From positions 77,192,001-77,256,000 of the forward strand of contig NC_086108.1 of the NCBI RefSeq assembly GCF_963921235.1: a stretch of DNA of 64,000 nucleotides, in the 5' to 3' direction. Every line of letters starts with the position of its first letter. Within the stretch, counting starts at the first letter, position 1. Of this stretch, positions 1-13,530 are shown in pieces. This DNA comes from Mobula hypostoma (taxonomy: Eukaryota). Both the position numbers and the translations under genes were made by a program. The notes beneath the pieces are model-generated. The model was not told the origin of the DNA, made no database searches, and worked only from the letters and a program-made list of their open reading frames with translations.

Positions 1-654
1 CCACACACACAATCACATGCATGGGCAGTACTCCAACCCAAAACCTGGCTTCTGGGCCTCCTGTCTCCATGATTTCCGATTGACCTTCGAGCTTCAATCT
101 TCGGAATCAATCCCTGGACTAGCCAATGATGGGACCCTGAACTCCAGGCCTTGAACTCTGGCCTCAGTGGCTCACCAGCCCTCGTGCCTCCTGCTTGCGT
201 AGTCATCTTATCCTACTGACCCGGGGCAGTCTGACATCCACAGATGCCCTTTGTCACCTGCCAATGTCACTGGTCTTTGACTGTAGAGTGCAGGTCTAGA
301 CCTCTAACTCCCCACATTCCTGTCTTTAAACCCCAACCTGACCCCTTACTCCCCTCTCTGTTCTCAAAACCATCATTATGAACTTAAAAACAATTGAGAC
401 TGAGCCATTATCTTGATGGAGCTTGGTGCCATCTTGACAAGTCATATTACAGTTGTATCTTTGTTCTCTCCATCCCTTCCCCTTTCTGTAACTTAAACAT
501 CCTTGTTTTTCCTCTTTTCCAATTGTGATGATTAATCTTTGACCTGAAACATCATCTATTTTCCCACTCATGGATGCTGCTTGATTTGCTAAGTGCCTTC
601 ATTTTTCTATATTTGCTTTGGAATTTCAGCATTTGAACCTTTTTTCTCCACTAG

Positions 655-1170
655 CTACAGTAGTTCAAATCCTCTTTGCAGAACAGGGGATTCCTGAGAA
701 ATTAGTGGCTCACAGCAAAACCTAATTTAGCAATGCAGAATTCGGAGTGGTTGCTAAGCAAAGCACACTCACTATTGTGATTTCATCCATACACTGTCTG
801 CGAGGACATCCTTTCACAGAGATCCATGTCCAAACAGTCAGTAAGATCTTTAACAAATAAGGAGAGACAAAGGAGAGACACCTTGGCCTATTGTCTCTCA
901 CAGCTACAGCTCTAATATATCAGATCACCAACCAAAAATACTGAATGGCATGGAGTATATGATAACCTGGCCAAAGAAATATTTTCTCTATAATATTGAA
1001 AAGAAATAAGACAATGAGTGCCTGATGCATAAGTAAAAGGAAACCAACACTGCAATAACTGTATCAATTGTGAAATAGACAACAGTTAAAACTTGAATTT
1101 AACTGATTATGAATTTAACTGATTATGAGATGCTTCAAGCTGCTGACTCCAACAGTCACAGAAGAATGGG
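655..1170 (+). mobile_element. Degenerate Ty3/Gypsy integrase fragment
   Basis: Manual translation from about 668 gives ILFAEQGIPEKLVAHSKT*FSNAEF...ISSIHCLRGHPFTEIHVQTVSKIF...LGLLSLTATAL, which resembles the rve core (GIPE-x-SDNGPQF...TSSPHYP-x-G...E-x-VQTVK). Contains stops. Confidence 0.65.
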
Positions 1171-1349
1171 CAGTATTTAAGTTTGGAGGGGTTCTTTAAA
1201 CTTCTCTGAAGGGGTAATGCATGCACCCTTAATGTGATTAATTATTATTGGGGGGGTACAATACTGGCCAAGCTCTCCACATACCCCTGTAGATAGCAAT
1301 TACAACATAATTCACACCTATTGCCTCAAAGCTCCAACGACCTCGGTTG

Positions 1350-1746
1350 AACCGTTACTGTCTATGTTAAGTTTTCATGTTTTCCCTGTGACAACGTTGG
1401 CTTTCCAAGCATGCTCTTGCATTTCCTCAGGTGCTCAGGTTTCCTCATACATCCCAAAGATCTACATATTGATAGGCTAACTGGCAAAACTCTAAATGCA
1501 GGGACTCTAGTGCAGGGGTTCCCAACCTTTTTTATGCCATGGACCCCTACCATTAACTGAGGGGTTTGTGGATGCCAGGTTGGGAACCTGTGACTGTGAG
1601 CAGTTGAATGGGAGAATGTGGGGGGAGTTGATGGGGATATGGGGAGAATAACATGCAACATTGTAGGATTAGTTAAATGAATGGTTGATGGTTATTGTGG
1701 ATTTGCTGAGCTAAAAGTCCTGTTTCTGTGCTGTATGATTCTATGA
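1350..1746 (+). mobile_element. V-SINE (HE1-like) SINE with CR1-type 3' tail, interrupted by a MITE
   Basis: Core GGTGCTCAGGTTTCCTCATACATCCCAAAGA resembles the V-SINE domain, and it ends ...CTGTGCTGTATGATTCTATG. Related minus-strand copies lie at about 18820-19150, 43990-44190 and 56510-56760. Confidence 0.6.
1513..1592. mobile_element. Short hAT-like MITE
   Basis: Terminal inverted repeats CAGGGGTTCCCAACC...GGTTGGGAACC. A second copy lies at about 57123-57198. Confidence 0.65.
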
Positions 1747-2064
1747 TGCTAAAAACAATTTCCTTTTATAAGGCATCCTTAATGACTTGGAACCAATCAT
1801 AGAGTTTCGTGCATTACTGCAGATGAGCAAAATCTTCAAAGAAGCATATGCTAGGGCTCACAAAAAATGCTAACCCTGAATTGCCAAATGATTAATTCTC
1901 CTTTGCTTGAGACATTTTATAGCCAAAAGGAAACAGGAACCAACAATGAATTCTGTGTTTATCCTGTTCCTGCTGCATTTCACTCCTATACTTGTAGGTC
2001 TATTCATCGTTATGCATTTTCCTTTTAAATATTTTTAAATAATCTTAAAATATGACAAGCCTTG

Positions 2065-3240
2065 GGTTCAAAGTACAAACTTCAGAGTAAATGTATTATC
2101 AAGGGCTATATATGTCATCATAAACTACCCGGAGACTAGTCTTTTTTTTGCAGGAATTTGCAGTAGAACAAAGAAATACAATAGAATTAATGAAAAGCTA
2201 CACACATACTGCCCAACAACCATTGTGCAAAAAGAAGACAAATAATGGAAATACAAAAATAAGTAAATAATAATAATAATAAATAATAAGTAAATAAATA
2301 ATACTGAGAACATGAATTGCAGAGCTTTTGAAAGTGAGTCCATAGGTTGTGTTCAGTGATCAGATCAGTGTTGAAGTGAGTGAAGTTATTCACGCTGGTT
2401 CAGGAGCCTGATAGTTGAAGGGTAATAACTGTTCCTGAAGCTGGTGGGGTGGGACCTGAGGCTCCTGGTACCTCCTTTCTGATGGCAGCAGTGAGAAGAG
2501 AGTATGGCTGGAATGGTGGGGTCCTTGATAGATACTGCTTCTTTGCGGCACCACTGCTAGCTGGTGTGCTTAATGGTGGGGAGGGCTCTTCCTATGATGG
2601 ACTGGGCTGTACCGCCACCTCTTTTAGGCTTTTCTGTTCTTGCACATTGATGTTTCCACACCAGGCCATGCTGCAGCCATTCATGATACTCTCCAAAAGT
2701 TCAAAGTAAATTTATTATCAAAGGACATATATGTTACCATAGACAACTCTGAGATTCATTTTCATGTGGATATTAACAGTAAATACAAAGAAGCAAAATA
2801 ATAATAATAAATAAGCAATAAATATCCAGAACATGTGCTGAGGAGTCCTCAAAGGTGAATCCGTGGGTTGTGGGAACAGATCAGTTCTAGGGTGAGTGAA
2901 GTTATCCCCTCTGTTCAAGAGCCTGGTAGTTGAGGGGTAATTACTGTTCTTGAATCTGGTGGTTTGTGTCCTGAGGCTCCTGTACCTCCTTCCTGATGGC
3001 AGCAGCGAGAAGAGAGGATGGCCTGGATGATGGAGACTGTTGATGATGGATGCTGCTTTCCTGCGACAACGCTCCTTGATATACTCACTAGTGGGGAGGG
3101 CTTCACCCGTGATGAACAGGGCGTATCACTAGTTTTTGTATGATTTTCCATTCAAGGGCACTGGTGTTTCCATACCAGGCCATGGTGCAAGCAGTCAATA
3201 TACTCTCCGCTGCACATCCGCTGCAGGAGAGTGCACTTGC
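2065..3240 (-). mobile_element. Two tandem 3' fragments of a Rex1/Babar-type LINE
   Basis: Two related blocks (about 2065-2695 and 2697-3240) carry remnants of 'FSLLPSGRRYRSL..RFxNSY' and (TTTGAAC)-type tails, matching the element at 61952-62810. Confidence 0.7.
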
Positions 3241-3287
3241 ATGTTGTCAAAACCTCAACAAATACTGGAGATTGTGGGTCACGTTAA

Positions 3288-3832
3288 GAATTACTGCATG
3301 CAGTTCTGGTCTCCTTTCTTATGGAAGGATATACTGGCTTTGGAGGTGGTGCAGAGGAGGTTCAGCTGGTTGATTCCAGAGGTGAGGGGGTTAGACCATG
3401 AGCAGAGATTGAGTCTCCTACGACTGTACTCACTGAAATTCAGAAGAATGAGAGGAGATCTTATAGAAACATACAAAATTTTGCAAGGGATAGATAAGAT
3501 AGAGGCAGGAAAGTTGTTTCCACTGGTGGGTGAGACTAGAACTAGGGGAAATAGCCTCAAGATTTGGGGGAGTAGATTAGAACGGAGATGAGGAGGAACT
3601 GCTTTTCCCAGAGAGTGGTGAATGTGTGGAATTCTCTGCCCAATGAAGCAGTGGATGCTACCTCAGTAAATTTATTTAAGACAAGGTTGGATAGATTTTT
3701 GTGTAGTAGGGGAATTAGGGGTTATGGGAAAAATGCATGTAGATGGAGATCAGCTATGATTTTATTGAATGGTGGAGCAGGTTCGACAGGCCAGATGTCC
3801 TACGCCTGCTCCTATTTCTTAAGTTCTTATGT
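3288..3832 (+). mobile_element. CR1 LINE 3' fragment
   Basis: YCMQFWSP..LEVVQRRF..RRMRGDLIETYKI..FSQRVVNVWNSLP, ending in a TTCTTATGT tail. Confidence 0.9.
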
Positions 3833-3984
3833 AATTTTCATGTTTACTGACTGATGTCATTTAATGCAGATAAATTCACTATTATACATTAAGATTTGCT
3901 GTTGCCGTTCAGGTATCTCTCTTGCTTTCAACAAATTGAGGTGTACTGTGCTTGCGTATTGTGAATAAACCCAAGGAAAATGTT

Positions 3985-4150
3985 GTCAGGAGAATTTTTT
4001 TATGATCAGCTGAAGAAGTAGATAGGGTCTTAACTTCGCATATCACTCAAAAGGCATACCTTTAGTGGTTTTGCATTCTTTCAGTACTACAGTGGAATGC
4101 CAGAGTGGATTGTTGTGCTGACGTCTGTGAAATGGTCATATTGTTGATCT
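3985..4150 (-). mobile_element. Old Deu-domain-like SINE remnant
   Basis: TGCATTCTTTCAGTACTACAGTGGAATGCCAGAGTGGATT resembles a reverse DeuSINE core. Similar remnants lie at about 19870-19960 and 53190-53320. Confidence 0.4.
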
Positions 4151-4707
4151 GGGCTATGTAAGAGGTACAAGAATTAAATTAAATGAATCAGTGTAAGAGG
4201 ATACAACAATCAAGTCTGTTCATGTATAATTTACATTGAAAACTAGAACCTTATTAAATTTGATTTCCAAAGCAACAGTAAAAACATTACTCAATAAAAA
4301 TAAAATTTAACATATTCTGAAACTAAACATTAGTGGTCCTGTTAATCTGTTTTGTTTCAAGCCATAATTTCTGAGCAATTGCATAACAATATATCCTATG
4401 TCTCCTGTGTAACCACGCAGCAGATTACATCTGCAGTAAGGCTGCATACACCTATCCATGTGGGAGTTAAAGATTATAATGGTGATTGAATGTACCAATT
4501 TCTGTCTCCTGCACTAATCCAGTAGAGGAGAATTTTAGCATGTCCTTTGAGCAAATTGGAATGTCTGCTTGTGTACTATAACCATGGTCTGAATGAGGAA
4601 ACTGCTGCAACATTACCACCAGGACAACCCAACAAGAGGAAAAGCCATCCCCAGAATAGGCCATGAGACACGAGAAATTCTGCAGATACTGGAATCACCT
4701 GGTTTCA

Positions 4708-7132
4708 TAGAAACATAGAAACATAGAAAATAGGTGCAGGAGTAGGCCATTCGGCCCTTCGAGCCTGCACCGCCATTTATTATGATCATGGCTGATCATC
4801 CAACTCAGAACCCTGCCCCAGCCTTCTCTCCATACCCCCTGACCCCTGTAGCCACAAGGGCCATATCTAACTCCCTCTTAAACATAGCCAATGAACTGGC
4901 CTCAACAGTTTCCTGTGGCAGAGAATTCCACAGATTCACCACTCTCTGTGTGAAGAAGTTTTTCCTAATCTCGGTCCTAAAAGGCTTCCCCTCTATCCTC
5001 AAACTGTGACCCCTCGTTCTGGACTTCCCCAACATCGGGAACAATCTTCCTGCATCTAGCCTGTCCAATCCCTTTAGGATCTTATACGTTTCAATCAGAT
5101 CCCCCCTCAGTCTTCTAAATTCCAACGAGTACAAGCCCAGTTCATCCAGTCTTTCTTCATATGAAAGTCCTGCCATCCCAGGAATCAATCTGGTGAACCT
5201 TCTTTGTACTCCCTCTATGGTAAAGATGTCTTTCCTCAGATTAGGGGACCAAAACTGCACACAATACTCCAGGTGTGGTCTCACCAAGGCCTTGTACAAC
5301 TGCAGTAGTACCTCCCTGCTCCTGTACTCGAATCCTCTCGCTATAAATGCCAGCATACCATTCGCCTTTTTCACCGCCTGCTGTACCTGCATGCCCACTT
5401 TCAATGACTGGTGTATAATGACACCCAGGTCTCGTTGCACCTCCCCTTTTCCTAATCGGCCACCATTCAGATAATAATCTGTTTTCCTATTTTTGCCACC
5501 AAAGTGGATAACTTCACATTTATCCACATTAAATTGCATCTGCCATGAGTTTGCCCACTCACCCAACCTATCCAAATCACCCTGCATCCTCTTAGCATCC
5601 TCCTCACAGCTAACATTGCCACCCAGCTTCGTGTCATCCACAAACTTGGAGATGCTGCATTTAATTCCCTCATCCAAGTCATTAATATATATTGTAAAAA
5701 ACTGGGGTCCCAGCACTGAGCCTTGCGGTACCCCACTAGTCACCGCCTGCCATTCTGAAAAGGTCCCGTTTATTCCCACTCTTTGCTTTCTGTCTGCTAA
5801 CCAATTCTCCACCCACACCGATACCTTACCCCCAATACCGTGTGCGTTAAGTTTGCACACTAATCTCCTGTGTGGGACCTTGTCAAAAGCCTTTTGAAAA
5901 TCCAAATATACCACATCCACTGGTTCTCCCCTATCCACTCTACTAGTTACATCCTCAAAAAATTCTATGAGATTCGTCAGACATGATTTTCCTTTCACAA
6001 ATCCATGCTGACTTTGTCCGATCATTTCACCGCTTTCCAAGTGTGCTGTTATCACATCCTTGATAACTGACTCCAGCAGTTTCCCCACCACCGACGTTAG
6101 GCTAACCGGTCTATAATTCCCCGGTTTCTCTCTCCCACCTTTTTTAAAAAGTGGGGTTACATTAGCCACCCTCCAATCCTCAGGAACTAGTCCAGAATCT
6201 AACGAGTTTTGAAAAATTATCACTAATGCATCCACTATTTCTTGGGCTACTTCCTTAAGCACTCTAGGATGCAGACCATCTGGGTCTGGGGATTTATCTG
6301 CCTTCAATCCCTTCAATTTACCTAACACCACTTCCCTACTAACATGTATTTCACTCAGTTCCTACATCTCACTGGACCCTCTGTCCCTTACTATTTCTGG
6401 AAGATTATTTATGTCCTCCTTAGTGAAGACAGAACCAAAGTAATTATTCAATTGGTCTGCCATGTCCTTGCTCCCCATAATCAATTCACCTGTTTCTGTC
6501 TGCAGGGGACCTACATTTGTCTTTACCAGTCTTTTCCTTTTTACATATCTATAAAAGCTTTTACAGTCCGTTTTTATGTTCCCCGCCAGTTTTCTCTCAT
6601 AATCTTTTTTCCCCTTCCTAATTAAGCCCTTTGTCCTCCTCTGCTGAACTCTGAATTTCTCCCAGTCCTCAGGTGAGCCACTTTCTCTGGCTAATTTGTA
6701 TGCTACTTCTTTGGAATTGATACTGTCCCTAATTTCCCTTGTCAGTCATGGGTGCACTACCTTCCTTCATTTATTCTTTTGCCAAACTGGGATGAACAAT
6801 TGTTGTAGTTCATCCATGCAACCTTTAAATGCTTGCCATTGCATATCCACCGTCAATCCTTTAAGTGTCATTTGCCAGTCTATCTTAGCTAATTCATGTC
6901 TCATACCTTCAAAGTTACCCCTCTTTAAGTTCAGAACCTTTGTTTCTGAATTAACTATGTCACTCTCCATATTAATGAAGAATTCCACCATATTATGGTC
7001 ACTCTTACCCAAGGGGCCTCTCACGACAAGATTGCTAATTAACCCTTCCTCATTGCTCAAAACCCATCCAGAATAGCCTGCTATCTAGTTGGTTCTTCGA
7101 CATGTTGGTTCAAAAAAAAAAAAAAAAAAAAT
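4708..7132 (-). mobile_element. 5'-truncated young CR1 LINE, sibling of the full-length copy
   Basis: Nearly identical to 20968-23372. It has a (TTTCTATG)n tail at about 4706-4730 and a candidate 8-bp TSD TGGTTTCA (4700-4707 and 7133-7140), and sits inside a Penelope-tail repeat. Confidence 0.95.
4805..7060 (-). pseudogene. CR1 ORF2 remnant (RT domain open over 4805-6331)
   Basis: Motifs NYRPVSLTS, QHGF, YLDFQKAFDKVPH, GVPQGSVLGP and FVDD. There is an in-frame stop near 6363 and the 5' end is truncated. Confidence 0.92.
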
Positions 7133-10100
7133 TGGTTTCAAAACTCACCTGCCAGCTTGTACTCCTCCCAACTTATGCTGGCTTCTGCCCCCCTTCCTTT
7201 CCAATCCCATTGAAGGCCTTGGTCTGAAATATCAATTGTTTACTTCCCTCCATAGTTACTGCCTGACCTGCTGAGTTCCTCCAGCATTATGTGTGTGTTG
7301 CCCAGAAGAGACCAGAATGGGAAAGTATCGTGCGAGACCTATTAGGCACAGAAGAAAGCAACATAGGAGAGAACGTTGCTCTCTTTGTTGCCACTGCTGC
7401 TGTGAATTGAATAGCATGAATTGAACTTTCCCAACTCAGGACCGGCTGTCTAAAATTTTTTCCATAGCCAGCCTGTTCATGAAGGGGCATGTTTTTTCAA
7501 GATTGCTAAGAGAATATTAGTATTGCATCAATGCTTTGGAAGGCAACCATTAGGACCATTGTCCCAACAAATTAAAGTTCATGTGATATAGGCCCAGTGC
7601 TTGTGGTCGGGTCACTGGAATCTAGAGGTTGATTGGGAGACAGTGTGTGTTTGGTAAGTGGGGATGAATCATAGCAAAAGTTAGTGTGAGCATGGAAGCA
7701 AACCCTTTGATACCACCCAGTCTGACACCAATTCTACCTTAACCCAAATTATTCTCCTCATGTTCCTATAGACTTTCTCCGGATTTTATTACCCATCTGT
7801 ACATGAAAGGTAGCTCACAAGTAGAGCAGTCTAACTCTACACAAACAATGCCGGAAGTCAGAAGTCTCAGCTGCTAGACCTGTGAGGCAGAATCTCTTGC
7901 TACACTCATCAAGTCTGGCCATGGATGGAGGAACCATGACCAGCACTGGGAAAAAAATTAATTGTTGTTAGCACTGGGGGGTGGGGCAGCTGGCTGGAGG
8001 GGTTGCCATCATTCTGCAAGTTGGGATATCTAGGATCACCAGCATCAACATCTGGATCAGGTGTGGCAGTATAGAAGAGAGGAATGTGAGAAGCTCTGTT
8101 GGAGGGTGGTCTGGAGACTGACTGGCCAACTATGGCGGGGATTTGGAGATCCTTTATTGTGAGGGTGGTGGGTGGGATTTAGGTGATTTCTCAGCGCTGT
8201 AGGATTAAATTTTTTTTTGTCTTGGTACTGACAATTGTTTCCAGATTCCATTGTAACACTCCAAGTGACACGTTGAATGAAGAATGACCTCAACCCACGT
8301 CTCCCAAAGACAGAACTTTCATCAGGTCACAGTGGTGATTTGTGACTGCAAATTTGATGGTTGTTGCAATTTGACTGAGAAATAGTTGTAAATGCAATTT
8401 GAATATGTTTTCAGTCTCAGAGCTCTGAGGAAACAGAGCTAAGTGACCGAATTTATGCTGAATGTCTTTATTCACCGGTTATCATGCCTTGCACTTTTCA
8501 CCACTATCCTTGATGTGATCCCTCCTTCCTGAAGCACGGAAATGTCTAATGATACCTGGCTCAAATATTCATGTGTGAACTATTTATGAGTGATTATCTT
8601 CAAGCTATTCAACTGTAGCTAAACTCACAGTCAGGTCACATCCAGCAGGTCCATTTTATCATGTTAGGAGGAGGAACCTCGAGAAACAGCCATCCCGTCT
8701 GAGGACAGCAGAGATTTGAGCACACTACTGGCCTCTAAGTCCCAGCTACTCATTGACTAAATTTGCATAGCCACAGGAAACCATGCATATGGATAATTTT
8801 AATTAATTGCTGCTGCGATAAAATCTACTGAATTAGAAAATTGCACACGTTATTTCATTTGGCAACAACCAAGTCTTATTTGCTAACATGGCTGATTCTG
8901 ATTGATATGAAGGGCACTTTCAGCTTCAGCACTATTTATTGTACAATATGTCAGATAAAAGTTAGCAAACTAATAACTGTCAATGGGATTGAGGGTTAAG
9001 TAGAGCTTTTATGTTGAACACTTTTAAATGCTGCTTATTTTGATGGAGCAGAGGTGAGGAGAGGTCGGGCAGAAGTGGTCAGTTGGGGTTGGACTGTAAC
9101 CAGTGACAGCGATGAAGTCTTGTATAATGAATCCTTTGTTAAAAGCAAAGCTTTTGTGTCTCCTGTGGTTTTAACTTAATCAGAGCCGTTGGCATTTATG
9201 CTTTCTTAGCCTTTTATTGGCAAGGCCTCCTGCACATGACATAATGTTTCAAAATAAAGTTCCCCTCCCCCTTACGATTTGCAGCAGAACTAAACTCAAT
9301 GACAAAATCTTTCATAATATTTATCTGATGACATTTAAAGCTTTATTTGCCAGCACACTTCATTGGATTTTGATTAAAAAATTGGGTTGTGTTATTTGAT
9401 CTCTTGGATACACATTGACTACCTCTAGAATGTAATATTTTAATGCTTGTGAAAATTAGAAATTCTGCACATCAGCAATCATTGCAAGATCAAATTCCAT
9501 TTAAGAAATACTTGCTCCAGGTATAGATATTTCCATACCATACACACCAGAATAAAACACTGGGTAAAGTTAACTTAACAATTACTAAAAAGCTGTTACA
9601 GTCCTTCTTCAGACTTACAGTTGCTAATTCAATAACTGCCCTGAATGCAAACACATTATATCCGAGCAAGTTATGACTCTGAGGATAGTGGTCTGTGACT
9701 TACAGTTTAGGTTCTTCCTATGTTGATATTTGTTCTTTTGCTGGAGGCATAAGTAGGTGATCTAGTTTGAATCAGATTGTAGTACAAAGGCATGCTCCAT
9801 CACTGAAAGTATTACTTCTCTGCTGAATATTGAATATCCAGTCTTCATCTGCTTTCTTAGGTGAGTATGAAAGATTCATCCATAGCTTTTGGAAAATTTC
9901 TCAGTAAGCCCTGGCCAATAATGATATTTTGGTGATTATCTATTTGCGCGTTTCTTTTCTGCTTGTGGTATCTTGCTGCCGCATTTTTGACAGAATAAAG
10001 CTGACTATACTTCAAGAAATGTTGCCAGGTGCTTTTGAGCATCTCAAAAATCAGTCATGACAATTTATAAAGGCAAGTTTCTTTTAATGTACTTTTTATG

Positions 10101-10261
10101 TTGGGCCAGCAATTCCAGTTAGAAGCACCTTGAAAGTTTATCACATGACTTTCTATTTCTGGCTGTCTTTCCCCCATAGTCCTCACATGGTTGCTCACAT
10201 GTCCTCTGCATGCAAGCTCCCCATGACAATCTGAAAGGAAGGAAATGTGTTGTCACCTAAT

Positions 10262-10600
10262 CATAAAAAATAGGAGTAGAATTAGGTCATTCAGTCCATT
10301 AAGTCTGATCCACCATTCCAACATGGCTGATCCATTTTCCCTCTCAACCTCACTCTTCTGCCTTCTCCCCGTAACCTTTGACACCTTTACTAATCAAGAA
10401 CCTATCAACCTCTGCTTTAAGTATATGCAATGATTTGGCCTCAACAACCATCTGTGGCAATGAATTCCACACATTCATCACCTTCTGACTAAAGAAATTC
10501 CTCCTTATCTCTGTCCTAAAGGGACATCTTTGTATTCTGAGGAAGTGGATTCCCACACTATGGGAAATATCCTCTCCATGTCTGCTCTGTCTAGTTTTTG
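10262..10600 (-). mobile_element. Old CR1 3' fragment
   Basis: CPFRTEIRRNFFSQKVMNVWNSLP...VKGYGEKA. Confidence 0.85.
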
Positions 10601-11594
10601 ATTGAGCAGATGTGCTCTGCAAAGTGGTCACCCAATCTGCATGTGGTTTCTCTGAAGCAGAGAAGAGCACATTGCAAGCTCCAAATGCAGGTTCGGTGAA
10701 GTAAGGCATGCAAACAAATTGTTGCATCAGGACTGTTCACAGGCTAGGTGATGGGGAAAAAAAAGTGTTGCATCTCTCTCAGTTCCTTACTCCTCCCCCT
10801 CAACCACTTATCTTCTCATTTTTCCTGTTTTAATGAAGGGTTGAGTTTGTTTTGTTTGATTTGCTCAGAAAATGCTGAAGAACAGCATTTTCTATTCTTT
10901 CTTTGTTTCAGATTTCCAGCTGCAGCATTTTAGTTCTAAAACTATTCAAAAATAACTTATTAGAAAAATTGGGTAATTCTTGCTTGCTTCATTGGTAATA
11001 GAGTTGTTTGAGTTAGTGCTTCAGGGAACACATTTTAGAAAATTGGGTATAATTTTTAAACATATTAACGAACACTCTGAATATTACATTTCTAGCCTCT
11101 CCAGAATATTTAAAATGACACATAAAATTACGCATTACTGATAAATCCTTGTTCTAAAAAAGTAAGAAAATTGAAGTGAAATGTGGGATTTCCAATAGAC
11201 TGCTAAATGCTAAAAAGTCATGGATACCCTGTACTTTCAATGAACAAAGTGTTCCCTATAAAGAAGCATTTTTGTTCATAATTCTTCCTCTTTAAGTCTA
11301 CAGATAGGACTTAGATCCAGGTTAGATTTCACACCTCCACTCACTGACCATCATCACTCAAAGCACAGTGCAGTTCTGTTCCATGTCTCCTGAGTTCATA
11401 TTGACCCTCTTTCTTCACCGTTTCCACCTCCCTATTTTTCCATCTTCCTTTCAATCATGCCTATTATTTCCTTTCCATTTCTCTCTGTTCTTGTTCATAT
11501 AGAACCTATTTATCTAGGATGCAGTGGTGTCGATGTCAAATTATTGGACGCAGCCAACGTGAGTTCAACCTCACAGTGACAACTAGGGAACTTA

Positions 11595-12135
11595 TGTAAC
11601 ACTCTGTAAGGTTTCACTGCTAATGTAATGGTTTCTCTGTAGCAGCAATGTTTGGGATAACGGGGTCTTTGGAATATATGTTAGACAATGAGAGGCATGT
11701 TCTTTCTTGTGCGTCTGGGGGCAGGGATTTCACAGTCTTTTGTCGGCGAGAGATGAAGAGAGAAGATGGGAGTGGAGAGAGTTGGTAGACTGCTGAACGG
11801 AGTGGTCTAGGAGTGAGGGTCTGAAGGTCGGCGATGCTTGGAGGTCGATGGGAAATGACTGGATGAAATCGTGAGCTCCAATGTGCGCATTAGACTGTTT
11901 CATTAAAATAGGCCCTTTTTTTTCTTTTTACTTTCTTTGATCCTATAGTCAGATTAACACTTATAAAGTTCACTCATTTAATTGCATATGGTGTACTGTC
12001 TGATATTTTGCGGTTCGGATTTGTAACCGGGCAACGCATCATGCAGTATCCACACAAACGAGATTTCTCAGTTTGGCTGGGCCAGAGGCTGTCTTCCCCT
12101 CGACAAAGACAGGCTGGCTGAACCTAAGGGTTACA
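11595..12135. mobile_element. Solo LTR inserted in an older SINE
   Basis: Ends TGTAAC...GTTACA, with an internal layout similar to the solo LTR at 39159-39857. No clean TSD was seen. Confidence 0.65.
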
Positions 12136-12287
12136 CACCTAATTAAATAAACCAGACATTTAAACAGAGTGTCAGTAATGGTAAACTGGTTCACCAATGA
12201 CCTTCAGGGAGGGAAATCTGCCATCCTTATTTGTTCATATTCATGTTGATTGCTGTCATAAGCATTCATACACAAAGGGAAAATACC

Positions 12288-12930
12288 ATGAAGGGTCTCG
12301 GCCTGAAACGTCGACTGTACCTCTTCCTAGAGATGCTGCCTGGCCTGCTGCGTTCACCAGCAACTTTGATATGTGTTGCTTGAATTTCCAGTATCTGCAG
12401 AATTCCTTCTGATACCACAAATATTACGTTTTTGCGGTAGCAGCTGAGTACACTACAAGATGAGAGCAAACATAGGTTCACATATTTATGTTAACATGAA
12501 AACGAGGAAATCTGCAGATGCTGGAACTTCAAGCAACACACACAAAATGCTGGTGGAATAGGTACAGTCGATGTTTTGGGCTGAGACCCTTCATCAGGAC
12601 TAACTAAAAGAAAAGATGGTAAGAGATTTGAAAGTGGGAGGGGGAGAGGGAGATCTGAAATGATAGGAGAAGACAGGAGGGGGAGGGATAGAGCTAAGAG
12701 CTGTAAAGTTGATTGGCAAAAGGGATACAAGGCTGGAGAAGGGAGAGGATCATGGGATGGGAGGCCTAGGGAGAAAGAAAGGGGGAGGTGGGAGAGGAGC
12801 ACCAGAGGAAGATGGAGAGCAGGCAAAGAGTTATAGTGAGAGGGACAGAGGGAGAAAAATGAGAGAGAGAAAGAAAGGGGAAAAATCAAAAAAAAATAAG
12901 GGATGGGGTAAGAAGGGGAGGGGGGGCATT
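12288..12930. mobile_element. Two inverted Penelope terminal-repeat fragments
   Basis: 12288-12410 (+) and about 12507-12930 (-) both match the tail at 16570-16995. Confidence 0.8.
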
Positions 12931-13029
12931 AACATTATGTTAACATGAATTGTATTTAACTTACATGTGTGCTAAACAAACCACAAATATAATGGCACTA
13001 GTGCAAAAATCAAAGATAGAGAAAGAAAC

Positions 13030-13530
13030 ATACAATTCAGCTGAGTCCATCACAGGCAAAGCCCTCCCCATCATTGAACACTTCTACAGGGAGCACTGCC
13101 ACAAGAAAGCAGCATCCATCATCAGAGACCTCCACCATCCAGGCCATGTTCATTTCTATCGGGAAGGAAGTTCAGGAGGCTTAGGCCCACACCACCAGGT
13201 TCAGGAACAGTTATTGCCCTTTCAACCATTAAACTCTTGAACCAGCATGGATAACTTCACTCACCTCAATTCTGAACTGATTCCATAACCTTTCAAGGAC
13301 TCTACAACTCATTTTTGGAGTCTTATTTCTTCATGTATCTATTTATTAATTGCTATTAATATTATTGTTGTATTTGCACAGGTTGCCTTCTTTTGGTTGT
13401 TTGTCAGTCTTTGTGTGTAGTTTTCTGTTGAGTCTGTTGTATTTCTTTGTTCTAATCTGAATGATTGCACAAAATGAATCTCATGGTGACATATATGTAC
13501 TTTGATACTTAATTTAACTTTGAACTTTAA
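13030..13530 (+). mobile_element. Rex1/Babar-type LINE 3' fragment
   Basis: SITGKALPIIEHFYREHCHKKAASIIRDLHHPGH followed by a TTTGAACTTT tail. Confidence 0.75.

Noticed and set aside
1094..1128. 16-bp tandem duplication TGAATTTAACTGATTA
   Set aside because: Simple local slippage with no further structure.
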